Shown here one piece after another: positions 47,231-60,036 of a stretch of 64,000 bases of DNA (position 1 is its first letter; every line of letters starts with the position of its first letter). The stretch spans positions 62,001-126,000 of the forward strand of contig ML978124.1 in assembly GCA_010015805.1 (NCBI GenBank), written 5' to 3'. The notes under the pieces were generated by a model, which made no database searches, was not told the origin of the DNA, and was given only the letters and a program-made list of their open reading frames with translations. The position numbers and the translations under genes are program-made. This DNA comes from Rhizodiscina lignyota (Eukaryota).

Positions 47231-47899
47231 ATGCAAATTCTCATCCTCGGCGGCAGTGGGCGAACCGGAAAGCTCGTGATAGACGAAGCATTGCGACGCA
47301 ACCACTCTGTCGCCGCCCTGGTCCGCAACGAGAGCAGTTTGAAGCCTCGTGGAAACTTGACGGTCGTCAAAGGCACTCCTCTTAAGCAAGAAGACATTGA
47401 AGCCGCGTTCGAAGCGACACCATCCCCTCCAGATGCTGTAATTGTCACCCTCAACGCAGCTCGAGCCAGCGACAGCCCCTTCGCCAAACCGATCACACCA
47501 CCGCGATTCCTGGCCGACAGCAACGAGAATGCTGTTGCGGTAATGCGCAAATACGGTGTCCGACGGATCGTGACGATGTCCGCATTCGGGGTCGCAGATT
47601 CGAGCAAGGAAATGGCGTGGCTAATGCGACACATAATTCGGAAGACAAACATGTCGTACCAGTTTGAAGACCATGACTTGGTGGACAAAGAGATGAAGAC
47701 CAGCGGAACGGATTACACCTTGGTGCGGCCCGTGGTGCTTTCCGAGGGAGAGGATCTGCCAGTCAAGGACTTTGGAGATTCAGGAAAAGGAGTAGGCATG
47801 ATGTCGAAGATAACAAGAAAGAGCGTCGCGAGCTACTTGGTGAAGGCAGCTGAGACTAACGAGCTCCGTGGGAGGACTCCGGTGATCGCGAACGTATAG
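47231..47899 (+). CDS. NAD(P)H-binding atypical SDR, flavin reductase / biliverdin-IXbeta reductase-like
   Basis: MQILILGGSGRTG, ALVRN, MSAFGV, DYTLVRP and ITRKSVA motifs. Confidence 0.88.
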   Translation: MQILILGGSGRTGKLVIDEALRRNHSVAALVRNESSLKPRGNLTVVKGTPLKQEDIEAAFEATPSPPDAVIVTLNAARASDSPFAKPITPPRFLADSNENAVAVMRKYGVRRIVTMSAFGVADSSKEMAWLMRHIIRKTNMSYQFEDHDLVDKEMKTSGTDYTLVRPVVLSEGEDLPVKDFGDSGKGVGMMSKITRKSVASYLVKAAETNELRGRTPVIANV

Positions 47900-48038
47900 T
47901 ATTTTGGTTTTTACTATTGATTTCCAGATCGGTGTATCATAGAAGGAGTTGGCGTTCCAGTACGGAGTAAAACGGCATAGATGGTAGTTTCGGGTACAAT
48001 AATGATATGATTCAGAGTGATCCATGAATGAAATCTCT

Positions 48039-50245
48039 TTAAAGACCTGTGCCGTACCAATCCAGATCGAAGTCCATGGCGAGTTCGGAGAAGTCGAAAA
48101 GGTCCGATTCGAAACTTCCATAGTCAGAAACATTAAGCGGAGTTTCGTTTTGGCCAACCCCTTCAGGAGCGTGGACTGCACACTCCATTGGCTCCAAGTC
48201 CTCAGCGACCTCACTCAAGTACAAGTGGGCTACATCCACAACCTCCATTAATCCCTTTCGCATCACACCAACGTCCAAATAATCTTCCGAAACGTATAAA
48301 GAAACGGCTGCCAGACCGAGCACATCCTTGAGGTCACCGCCGAGAACACCGATAGTACCAGCAAGAGTTTCAATGCCCTCTCGAACGTCACTGATGTCTG
48401 TAACAGAGCCGTCGCTGATTCCCTCGCAAAGATATAGTATGGCTTTTTGAATATCGGTCTTAAAATTAGCGAAGAATAAGTGCCGTTCAATATTCCCTCC
48501 AATGCGGTGATCGTCGCTCAGGCGACAAAACCTTGAGAGTATTTCACAAGCCTTCTTGTACCTGCTGTCGACTTGTGCCTCAGTGTTCGGGTTCATTTGT
48601 AAAATTGACCGGGCAATCCAGTTAGCAACATTATATCGTCCACGTGTAGTAGCAGCATCCTCAAGAGCTTGTAGCGTTGCATTTCCCAAACTCACACGGT
48701 CAGAGCCTGCCAGATGGCTTGGAATGGACGATGCTAACTTTGCAGCATCTAGCCGGGGAAGGAGGGATTCCGTGAGTAGAATTTGTCCAGTCACATCTGT
48801 CTGAGTTTCTTTTCCTTGACCTTGCGGTAGCGCTGAGTCAACGTTTGACAAGTCCGAGTCATTAACGTTGAGCGGAAAGAATATTGTTTCCTTCGTCATA
48901 TCTGTAAGCGGCGGCATTCCACTAGCCGTGGCAAGCTGCAAATCAAGTTCGACCAGAGTAAGCCAGAGCCTCTTTCGTACTTCTTTCTGAGCTCCAGAGA
49001 GCTTTTGCGACCCAGATGCATCATAGTGAAGACCCATTGTCATAGCAGTGCGGACTATCGAGCCCATAGATTGCCACAAGATATCGCTCGGCGTAAAAAG
49101 AACCTGCTCGGCCAGAACCAGGAGAACTTGAGACTGCAATGTGCGGATATCTAAACGTTCTTTCCTCGGAAGTCGAAAAGACCATTCCCGAAGTAGATAG
49201 CAGCGATCTGCAACAGATATATCTCCAACTTCAGAGTAAGTCTTCGGTCGACAATCATTGTGCGTCGCGTTAGAAGCACAAGCAAGCGCAATTACTGCAG
49301 TTAACAATGGCAGAAAGGATGAATGCAGTACAGGTTGCTGACTGTCTCTGCGGTCCATGAATTGTTCGTAGTCTTGATAAAACGTCGGGATGTGCAGCAC
49401 TCTGTGAACCTTCTCCCAGTATTCGAAATATTTGTCAATAATGTCGTCGCACAAATCCCTCGGCGGTAGTGTTTCAAGCATTAGCTCTACGGCCGGCTTC
49501 TGTAACCGGTTCAAATCGCATCGACGCACTTGGTATCGAGCTCGGAATACTATCTTTTGCAATGCATGAACTTCCTGGACTGCGGACATGGCAAGGGAGT
49601 CCGTCATGGCAGCCTTGATCATAAGATCCAAAGCCTCAGGAAACTACCCATAATCAGTACCTCCTGGTGAAGTAGGGGGGTGGGACGAGATTATCTCACC
49701 TGCTTGCGTAACTTTTGTCTGATGTCTCTTCGAAGTCTCGTCCGGTTCTCCTTCACGACAATAGAATCTTTTGCAATCTCTTCTATCTCAGCGCATGTCC
49801 CTTCCGCAGCCGTGCACCCCTGAACACGCCCATTGTACCTCTCGCTAATACTATGCTCGATCTCCGAGGCAGGCACTGCAGCAGTATTCAACCCATTGTT
49901 GGAAATTGTGTTGGCTTGTTTCTCCAGCTCCGCCACTCGAGCCTGGAGGTCTTCTATAGCTCTCAACACCGAGGCATTCGTACCCAGTCCATTACTTTGT
50001 TGTGTTCCACCACCCGTCCTTGCTCTTTTCCTCGGCGAGTCGTCGTTCTCGTCGTAGCTGTTCGTGGATTGAGATATACTCGGGTCTACCGCATACGTGC
50101 ATTGCGCTGAGCGACGACTTCGAACGCATTGCTCGCACGGCTGAGCTCTGTCGCATCTCAGCTTCTTCCGACGGCATGAGAGGCATGAGAGAGTTGGCCG
50201 CGGCCGAGCACGGGGGTTATAGGCCGCACTGGGCTCGTTGGACAT
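48039..50245 (-). CDS. Zn(II)2Cys6 transcription factor with Fungal_trans domain
   Basis: CLSCRRKKLRCDRAQPCEQCVRSRRSAQC; after one intron LPPRDLCD..YF, RVLHIPTF, AMTMGLH and EVRKRLW. Confidence 0.92.
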
Positions 50246-51111
50246 GGTTTCGCATGACAGTCGCAGGTCCGAGTCGCTCAGACGCGTTCGTGTTGTACGT
50301 GATTTCCGTGCCCTTCATCACGGCGGCGGAAGTGGGTGACAAAAAAGTTGAGTCATAGCTGCAATGTATTGGACCGTAAGGATGTATAGCCTCGCCAGTT
50401 AATATAGATTGTATATACTAAAGCTGCGCGTTTTCGATAAATACGCTCCGGTATATATTCAATCGAGCTTTAACAGGTGCTCTCGCTCCTGCTGAAGAAC
50501 AAACCTTGTTCTTACTACAGCCGTTCAGTTAACGCGGGCGCGTGTCCTCGCTAGATCTTGCGCTTCCCTCATCCATGCCACTGCGCTATAAAAGAGTAGT
50601 AGTAGCTTATTAAAGAATACTATACGATAATAAGCCATTTTCGCAAGTATTGCAATTCAAAAAATGCAATATCTCGAGATATTCTGCTACTCTCGAACGC
50701 ATTTGTCAACAAGTCGCGTATTTCGTATCGCGGAATAGGCCTTTCCAGGAAAAGAAATAATATATCCGCCACCTATTTGAAAGCCAGCTTCCCGTCCCAA
50801 GTCGAAGGAAATACTCTTAAGTTTCGCTTGCGCTTATTTCGGCATTATTTTCACTTATCATCTTTACTCAGAGCAGTCTCCTAGAGACATGTTGTCGTCC
50901 TTGTGTGCCTGGAGAAATCAGCTTCGGTTTGACTCGACTCAGTTCGGACTACATACCTCCACACGATGCTTACTACCGTCGACCCGTCACATACACTCCA
51001 CACGTCCTAATTTCACCTCCAATCCATCTCAACGGGACTTTAACAATTTTTCATAGTCCAGAACATTGCCTTCGACCCGTCCGAAGACTCCCAGCCTTCG
51101 CCAAGCCGAAT

Positions 51112-51176
51112 ACCCTCCGTGTCCTCTAATCTTGCGCCTCAAACCCTCCGTGTCCTCTAATCTTGCGCCTCAAACC
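51112..51176. repeat. Perfect 31-bp tandem duplication
   Basis: accctccgtgtcctctaatcttgcgcctcaa occurs twice in succession. Confidence 0.9.
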
Positions 51177-52226
51177 AAAACTATGGTGTCCGCGTACGAG
51201 AGATGTGGAACGATTGCAATACGTGGGGGCGGGAGGCTTTGTTTTAGCGGCAAGCTGGCTGCTCGGATGAACGAATCGTGAAAAGCGCAAATGACTTAGT
51301 GCAAGAGAGAACACCAGTTCCAATGTCAGCGACGTCTGACGTCATATCAGTTTTGGACCACACATCCGATGCAATAGATCCTATCCAGGGTTCAGCATTT
51401 GAGCGCTTCTTATTTGTCCTCTCGTTTTCTATATGGCGTTGTGAACGACGCGCTTCAACATCGCATGCCTCACGATTATTCAAACTTCCACACGGGTCAA
51501 TGCAGGCTGAACAGAAACTTAAACGATGACACGACACTTCTCCCATGCAGTCAAAGGTATCGGGCCGGTTGCCATGGCTATGGAACCGACAATCTAGCGA
51601 TTGGTGGCATACAACTACTCTACGGGAAGTCCGAGGATAACACGAATTCGTTGGAGCAAGAGCTGCAGTTATTGGAACAACACGGTTGGACACGGCTTAT
51701 CAACGCTGGCATATGTATATACAATTGGCGCGATGTTACATTGCTAAAGCTCTTCCAAGCTTCCAAGCAGCATGGCGAGGATGAAGGTTCTTGGGTCTGG
51801 GTGAACTAGATACCTACCCCACGGCGGGCCAACACCCGAACATGCTGGTTAAGAGGCTATTTCGCGATAAGGCGAATAGCGACCGACTAGGCATGTGTTG
51901 TATTCCGAGGAGGTGATAAAAGGTGATCCCTCTGCTTGAAGAGACGAATGAGAGGTGCGCGCGACAGGGGACACCTTTATCTCTTGGCCCTTATCCTTGG
52001 CGCGTTCCTTCCCCGGATGGTTATTGATTGTCGATCCAACTGATAACTATCGATGCCACCGTACGACTCGTGTTCGAAGCACGGCGACTCGTATGCCCTG
52101 CATGCGAGTGCTTGGGATTAGTTCTGGCGTTGGTTATAAGATGGAGCCTCCGCTACCGTGTACTTGGTCGACGTCGTGGTCTGCTTCTACCCTTGCAAGC
52201 ACAATCTGTCTCTGCTTGAATGCAAA

Positions 52227-53974
52227 ATGTCGGACTCGGATCCCGAGAAAACGCAAGAATATGGCTATAGCAAAGAAAAGGGCTATCAAGAGCCGGGCCA
52301 TGGTTATGGTCAAGGACCCGCTCTTGTCACCGAGGACCATGGCGCCGACTCCGAATTGCAGCGCCGGCTGAGTACGCGACATATCACCATGATTGCACTT
52401 GGATCATCGATTGGTATGGGGTTATGGCTTGGATCTGGTCTTTCCCTCGCCTCTGGAGGACCAGCGGGTATTTTTATCGGATATCTGCTCTCAGGTTCCA
52501 TGATCTGGAGCGTCAGTCATAGCATCGGAGAGATGGCTGTCATGTATCCTTTACCGAGCGCTGTATGTCGATTTCAATTATGACCGTTGCTTTCTGGGCT
52601 GACTCATTCTTCACAGTTTGTGCAATGGACGAACAAATTCGTTGATCCTGCTGCTGGGTTCACCCTAGGGTGGGCCTACTGGTTTTCATTCTGGATAACT
52701 ATTGCGAACGAACTTCAAGGTGTGGTGACCGTTCTCGGATTCTGGACAGATGCAGTCCCTACCGCCGCATGGATATCAATCTTCTGGGTCGTCATCATTT
52801 GCATCAATATCGGCGCCGTGAACGTCTTTGGAGAAATCGAAGTCATTTGTTCCATGATCAAGTTCGGGTGGATCTTCGTCGTCATCATCTCTTGCATTGT
52901 CATCTCTGCTGGCGGCGCCCCTAATGAGTCGGCCATAGGCTTTCGGTACTGGAATTCAACCCCGTTCATCAACGGATTCAAGGGCTTTTTGTCTGTCATG
53001 CCGACTTGCATCTTCGCCATGTCCGGTTCGGAGAACGCTGGACTTGTAGCGGCAGAAACTGCAAACCCGCGCAAGTCAGTACCAAAAGCTGTCGGTTCCA
53101 TCTGGTTGCGTCTCAGCTTGTTCTACATCATGGGAAGCCTCATGGTGACCATCACCGTCAGTCCCACGGATCCGAACCTCTTTGGTGGCGAGGGCACAAA
53201 TGCCAGTCCATTCGTCATCGCCTATCGCAATGCTGGTATCCCGGCAATGGCACATATCATGAACGCAATCATCTTAATCTCCGTTCTGTCGACTGGCAGT
53301 ATCTCGGGCTACGCCGGATCTAGGACGCTTGTTGGTCTTTCACAAATTGGCATGGCACCCAAGGTAAGCAGATTCTTCATTATATACTTACGATCTAAGT
53401 GCTGCAGCTGACTGCGCTCAAGCAAATGAGGAAAGCCGACAGCTGGGGCCGTCCATGGTACGGCCTCGTCCCCACGCTCGTCATCGGCGGCGGCCTCGCA
53501 TACCTGAACGTCAGCAATACCGGCTCTACAGTGTTCGGCTGGTTCTCCAACCTAACGTCTCTCTGCACCTTGTTTGGATGGGGCATGATTTGTCTCTCTC
53601 ACATCCGTATGCGTCGCGCATGGAAGGTCCAAGGCCGCTCGAAGGAAGACCTGCCCTGGAGGACCTGGACGTGGCCCTGGGGCGCTTATTGGGGCCTCTT
53701 CTGGTGTGTTCTGCTCATCATCGCAGAGTTCTACCTCTCTGTCTGGCCCTTAGGTGAACCGACGACTGCCAAGAATTTCTTCGCGAATTATGTCTCGGTC
53801 GTTGCGATCATTGTTATCTATATCGCTGCAAAGATCTACTACAGAGACAGACGCTGGGTGGATACCGCTACGGTCGATCTGGATGCCGGGAGGAGGTTCT
53901 ACAAGGCTGAGGAGGTTGATGCGGCGATGAAGAAGAGCTGGATCAGGAAATCGATCGAAGGCATTTGGTCATAA
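52227..53974 (+). CDS. Amino acid permease (APC superfamily, YAT family)
   Basis: LQRRLSTRHITMIALGSSIGMGL, GEMAVMYP, FVDPAAGF, FGEIE, AAETANPRKSVPKA and ASPFVIA; two introns. Confidence 0.94.
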
Positions 53975-54560
53975 GCGCAAGCCCACATATGTGCGAGTCT
54001 TCGTACAATGCATGGTACAGCCATCTAAATGAGCTTCTGGGTTGATGTGTACTTTCCTCTTCAAATTTAAATTTTCTTGTTCTTCTTCTGGTGCGAAACG
54101 CACAGACTGCTATTCCGTACGAAATATTAAGCGTTCGACTCAAGGGATCGTTTCACCAGATGTCTTCCACTGCTGATGGTACATAGCCTCACTCCAAGAC
54201 TGCTTATGCATAGAACAGGTCTGCACTACCAAGCTCGAAGTAACAATGTGTGGCTATGGGTAAACCCCTAAATATCAACAGTATAGTCATCAGTCTCAGG
54301 GCCAGCCACCTGTTTCAAAGACCCCTTGAAAGCCCCGGACCCACGCCCTCGACATGTGTAATGAGAGGCAAGGCTGAAACGCGAAGACTTCCGGAAAGTC
54401 AAAAGGAAAAATCATGCACAATAACGCTGGCTCATGTTAACTCACACTTATGTAGAAAGCTGTATCCCGCTCCGTGAGACTGCGGAGGTTTTGGCGATTA
54501 ATTATTCTAATTAATGTGGAAGAGTTGGGATCAATCTACTTTACAAATAGATAAGTAAGT

Positions 54561-55905
54561 TTATCGCTTCAGTCGAGCTTCAATAATTGACTGTCCAAGT
54601 ATCGGTGCGTCGGGCTTCTCCGATTTCTGCTCGCTCCAGACTTTGACCAGTTCCAATCCTGCTGCGTTCAGAAGTTCGCGGAATTGCTTTTCGGTTCGCT
54701 CGAGGGATGCATACGCTGCCATCATGGTAAAGTCCATTCCCGCTGCTATGAACGGGGCATCGCGTTCAGCCATGACGGTCTCGCTCAATAGAACAACTGA
54801 ATCCGGCCCCATTGCATTACGCACCTGCTGGAGAATGACTTTGGCTTGTTTGTCTGGCCAGTCGTGTAGGACGTGAGCAAGGAAGTAGACCTTGGCACCG
54901 CAAATCGGCTGTGGCTTGAAGAAGTCGGCTACCATGGCCTCAATGCCTGAGGGAAGAGACTTGATACCATCGATGACCGAGGCGGTATCCTGGACAATCA
55001 TGCGTCCTATCTCTGGGTGATGTTCTTTGAAATCGATCGTTTGATGGCCGATACCACCACCAATATCAACTAAAAAGACCTCTGGGACCGGCTCCTCCGC
55101 CATTAGTCGCTCAACCGGAAACACCTCGAACCATTTGGAATCGACGCTACGCCGAGTTCGAATTGTCATCATGACATTGTAGGCATGCTGGATCTTTGGG
55201 TTCGCTGCTACCCAGTCAAAGTTGTGTAGCTTAGTTCCCATTGCGTACTGAAACGGGCAGTCCATGGAATCAGTGGGACTTTGATATCCTTTTTCAGCAA
55301 AGTAATCAGGAAGCTTGATCACTTGAACCATGTTCATGGTCCTACAAGCGTCAGAACAACGAACAAACTAACTGAAAGATTTTAGCATACCAATGGATGA
55401 TGGCCTGAGCCATTGGCAACTCATACTTGTAGAGAGCAACAGTGGGCGTCGGTTGGAAGACATCTTGATCGATCTCATTGAAAATATTCATGCTAATGAG
55501 GATGCGCATGACTCTTTCTAAAGAATATCAGTCACCTCTTCTCATACGTCTCTTCCCCACTTACTGATGAGCAGTGCCTCGCACTTTGTTTCATTGCTCA
55601 GCTGCTCCAACGTCACATTCTCTTTCTTTGCGAGAGCTGGTGCGCTCGCGTGGAAGAGTCGCATATCAATCGCAAGACGAAGAGCGATTGATTTCAATGG
55701 CTGTGGCACAGTTATTGGCAAATGCACACACACTGAACAACACACTTACAGCGAATAGCAAGTCCATTAACTTTCGGTCGAAAGGCTGGAATGCCGAGAC
55801 CAGATTAGTACAGGCTTCAAGGAGTTGAGCCTTGTCAGCCTCTGGTGTAGAATCAGGATTTGCAGCAGCGTCATTAAGGGTTTTCACAACGGTTGAGATA
55901 TCCAT
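54561..55905 (-). CDS. O-methyltransferase (Methyltransf_2, OmtA/OmtB-like)
   Basis: ATG 55905, three introns; LRLAIDMRLF, RVMRIL, FLVDIGGGIG, DFFKPQP, VLHDWPD and ERTEKQF. Confidence 0.92.
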
Positions 55906-56353
55906 GATCAACGAGGAATAGTTTTTGAGAGGCCTGAGTGGCAGATCAAAAATGTGAATAGGTTGATTGTAGAAGGAAGCTCTCTGTGGGAAGTAGTGAT
56001 TATATACACGAATTCTGGTACTAGGCTACAGCTCACATCCTTTTACTTCTTTGAACGAGTAAGTACAGCTTGAGACTCACTTTCACCAGTGGTGTATCCT
56101 TAGGACTACGAAATAGGACTAGGTTAGACCCTTGGCTTGGCGTCCGCGGGCCCACGGAGGGAGCGACGGAGCAATGACCCTCTGAATCTCCACCTGCCTC
56201 TCTCTTTGGCTCTCTCCACCGCTGAATGACTGCCCATAATTCAGTCCGGAGCTTGGTGCAACCATATCAAGCCTGTGATTGTGGACCCAAGTTCGACCAT
56301 CGTGGTTAAGCCTCCCATGTCCGCGGCTCCGCGGGCCTTGCGCCACCGTCACA

Positions 56354-58457
56354 ATGATACCGGCCATGCAAAGGAATGCATGTCTATCATGTCGTCAAAG
56401 GAAGCTGAAATGCGATAGACAGCAGCCATGCGCAAACTGTGTCGCTCGCTCGATCGAGTGTAACCAACAGCAACTCCCGCCAGTCACGCGAGGAGTGAAA
56501 AGACCTCCGGACGAGTCGGATCCATCGACAATATCGCATATCCTCACCAGACTAGATCGAATTGAAGCTTGCATAAATCGAACGCAAGACAATGATATTG
56601 ACAACCTTGTCTCAACCCCAATTGGAAATGAGCTGAGCAAGATACGAAACGTCGTTCCAACCCCGGCCTCGAAAGTCCACGCACCGTCGACCGATAGAAC
56701 CACTCCTTCGGTCCACTCTGAAGGCGCAGTGCAACGGGTTAAATTTTCGGCAAATGACAACTTTTTGGTGTGTTTTTAATCCTAATATACCGCTTCCTTA
56801 GATAACTGTGGACAGCGCAATGCACTGATGCATAATCTTTACATATCGATCTCAGCAGACTCCCGAGTTCAGCAACACGCGGACTCCCATCAGATTCAGC
56901 TACCTCCTAAATGGGAGACGCTTCGCTTGTTTCAGGTCTACTTTAATTACATTGGCCACTTCCAACACATCATCTACGAGCCACATTCTCGCATTTTGAT
57001 TGAGGAAGTCTATTACCAAGTGGTTCATGTCTCAACGACAACTGCACCGCGGGGTTTAGCTTTGATATTAGCTGTCATTGCAATAGCAGTCATGCTCGAG
57101 CCTCTCCACGGTAATCTAGATGAAGTCCTCCCGATTCTCAAAGAACGACTGAGGATATGTGCTGTGTACATCCGATCGTCTATGGACTGCTTGGAACAGC
57201 ATCGCCGAAGAATGAATCATACACTCGAAAATGTACAAGCTATGCTTATTCTCCAATTCCTCATCAGCCACATTGAAGCCTTTTCTGCCCGATCCCGTGG
57301 CTTACTCGCCGAGGCCACTACGGTATCTCAAAGTCTCGGCCTCCATCTCATCGATTCGACAACAGCCAAAGGAAGCCTATCACAGAATAGGACAGATCTA
57401 ATTACTCGAGAGATAAAGCGAAGAGTTTGGTGGTACCTAACGGCGATGGATTGGATGATTTCCATGACAGAAGGTAGGGGGTTTCTGTTTCACGGGTCGG
57501 ATGAATTGCTAACTCGATGAAGGGCCATTTGACGCAGTTTACCTCATACAGCCGAGGTTTATCACTTCCAATATCCCTAAGCATGTCAATGATGACGATC
57601 TTGGAAATCCTAACATCAAAGAGCGGCCACTGTCAGAACCGACTACCATGTCGTATGTTTTGAATCGTCTCAAGGTCGCAGAGATATCTCGGTGCATTTC
57701 AGACGTGACACCGCACGATCCAAACGATGCGACTTACGAACTAATACTATCACTTGATTCCAAACTTGAATCGTTAATTCGAGGCCTCCCGGCGTTCTTC
57801 AACATTGAAACCGCCGACTCGGAAGAGACTGGACTAATCGACCAGACACACCCGTACATCCCTATGCAACGACTCATAATTAATATGATGATCAATCTTA
57901 TGCGATGCAAACTCCACTTTCCCTATTTCGCTGGACACCCGAGAAAATCTCTCCATGCCTTCTCACGAGATGCTAGCTTGAAAGCTGCTCGACACGTACT
58001 CTCGGCGCATCGGGACATGATCACCTCGGATATGTCGCACTCCGCTGATTTCATGAAGATCCAAGGAACAGTACTGCACATGTTTATCGGGGCACTCATT
58101 CTAGCGACAGATCTCTGTTGTAACCAACATCATGGCGAGGATCGTGAAAGTCAGTCGTCCGAGTTGATGGCGGCGCTAAAACAGCTGGAAGGCATAAAGC
58201 AACATTCTCAAATTGCTGCGAAGTTCCTCGAGGTTCTGACGGAATTGCTTGTCAAGTACGGAGTTTGGACCCCCTCCACGGCTGTTCCGTCAAATACGGA
58301 GAATGAATCGGATCCAAATGTGCACTCTCTTGAGAATGGCCACGTGAGTGCACAAGACTTCGATATACCCTTCTCGGATATACCCTTCCCCTTTGATGAT
58401 CTATGGAAGACATTTGTGGAATGGCCTGCAGCTTTTGACATGATTGATGTCTTGTAA
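56354..58457 (+). CDS. Zn(II)2Cys6 transcription factor with Fungal_trans domain
   Basis: CLSCRQRKLKCDRQQPCANCVARSIEC; SLGLHLID, EIKRRVWWYL..DW and PTTMSY; two introns. Confidence 0.92.
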
Positions 58458-58652
58458 CGTAGCAGCCCGGCAAGAGGATGACAAAAAGTTGGCCACAGCT
58501 TTCAAGACTGTGCAGCCGTCTATGTACAGCACGTATAGGTAATATAGGATGCAAGTTTTTCAATAGCCCACTGTTATTTAATACACTCTAGAGAACATAT
58601 AACTGAATTTTCAGAGATAGTCTTGGTTTCCCTCTCTCTTTTTCTCTAAACT

Positions 58653-58796
58653 TCTACCTTGAGAAATGAAAAATGAAGCAAAACTGACAGCCTCAACATT
58701 CTTTTTCGTATATCTAACAACCTGAAGCGACAAATAGTGATCTAACCTAAGAAATGAAAATTAAGCAAAACTGACGACTCAACATTCTTTTCCGAA
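58653..58796. repeat. Diverged direct repeat of about 55 bp, period about 88 bp
   Basis: gaaatgaaaaatgaagcaaaactgacagcctcaacattctttttcg versus gaaatgaaaattaagcaaaactgacgactcaacattcttttccg. Confidence 0.75.
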
Positions 58797-58933
58797 CTAC
58801 TACATGTATGACACCTGATACATCGTTGCGTGAGATTGTCGAGTTATGGTCCCTGCCTCTGGTACGTTGGCTGCCATGCTCTTGAGAGATTGACTCGGCG
58901 AAGAAACCCAACGAGGATTCAGTTGCCCACTCT

Positions 58934-59425
58934 TCACCCACCGAAATTGTACTTGAAGAGCTGCTGTGAATTACACGTTGCTGGATTTACGCCTTGATTC
59001 ACTGGTTCAAACAAATTCTCGACCAAATATAACTCGTACATCTCATCTTGAGCTGACTCGCTGTACCACGTCCCGACGCGATATTGGCAATCTGCAGGTC
59101 CGGTGCCGTCTTGCCTGTGTAGGAAAATACTGGCGATATCGTTCAGCGCCTGTTGACAATGTTTGCTGGTGCGCGAATTCTTGATGGTGAAACTGACGGT
59201 CGCCATCCCGTCGGAGCTTGTAACCTGGTGGGACACGGGGTTTAAGATCGCTTTCCATCCAGCCACATCACCGCAGAATTGATTGATAGTATTCCCAATG
59301 TCATTAGTAGGATCATGGATATCCGATTGAATACTGTTCGCGTAGTCGCATACGACGTAGCCGCCTCGAACGCCGAGGAAGAAGGCTGAAAGGAGAGTGA
59401 GAGCTGAGATGATTTTCGGTGCCAT
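58934..59425 (-). CDS. Small secreted cysteine-containing protein (effector-like)
   Basis: MAPKIISALTLLSAFFLGVRG signal peptide from ATG 59425; about 163 aa with 5 Cys. Confidence 0.68.
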   Translation of the reverse strand: MAPKIISALTLLSAFFLGVRGGYVVCDYANSIQSDIHDPTNDIGNTINQFCGDVAGWKAILNPVSHQVTSSDGMATVSFTIKNSRTSKHCQQALNDIASIFLHRQDGTGPADCQYRVGTWYSESAQDEMYELYLVENLFEPVNQGVNPATCNSQQLFKYNFGG

Positions 59426-60036
59426 TGCGACTGATATTGAAGTGGTCGAGGGGCGAGAAACAGGAGGATCTGAAGGACAGCAATTAGTATTACAAGTATA
59501 TGTTCGTATATGTTCGGCTAAACGTACTACAATGTAGCGAACGTCTGGTTCTGCGACTCTGAAATAAAAAAGAGAGTAGAGCACCAAGACAGTTCTCAAT
59601 CTGATAGTAGCCTAATGAATGAAGAGGTTTTCTATCATCCTGAAGACTGTCAACATCAGGATGCCTTCATTCTTATAGTACAATATCGGTTGCACGTCCT
59701 CTGTTCATCTGGTTAACCATTATCCTATCCAGGTCCGGAAAATTAATATTCGACATTTCAGTCAAATTACATTCAGTTCAGCTGAATTTAGGGCGGAATG
59801 AGAATGAGACATTGAAACATGTTGATTTTCCCCTGAGCTGAAGAAGAGAACTGATTCTTGCTATAGCCGTTCAGGTAATTAAGCTAAACGATTTTGTCGC
59901 CCGCGTGCTGGCTTCCTCTCAATCTCGCTAGAGATCAATTGCCTGTTTTGGCAGTTCGCAGTCGAGAACAGGTTGGACAATAGCAAAGAGTTCTCACTTT
60001 AGTAACCGCTCAAAGTCCCGAAAGAAACGATCGGCA

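Noticed and set aside
54561..58457. AflJ/AflR-type coactivator-regulator pair
   Set aside because: The OMT retains full SAM-binding and HDW catalytic motifs, and the TF has a Fungal_trans rather than AflR domain.
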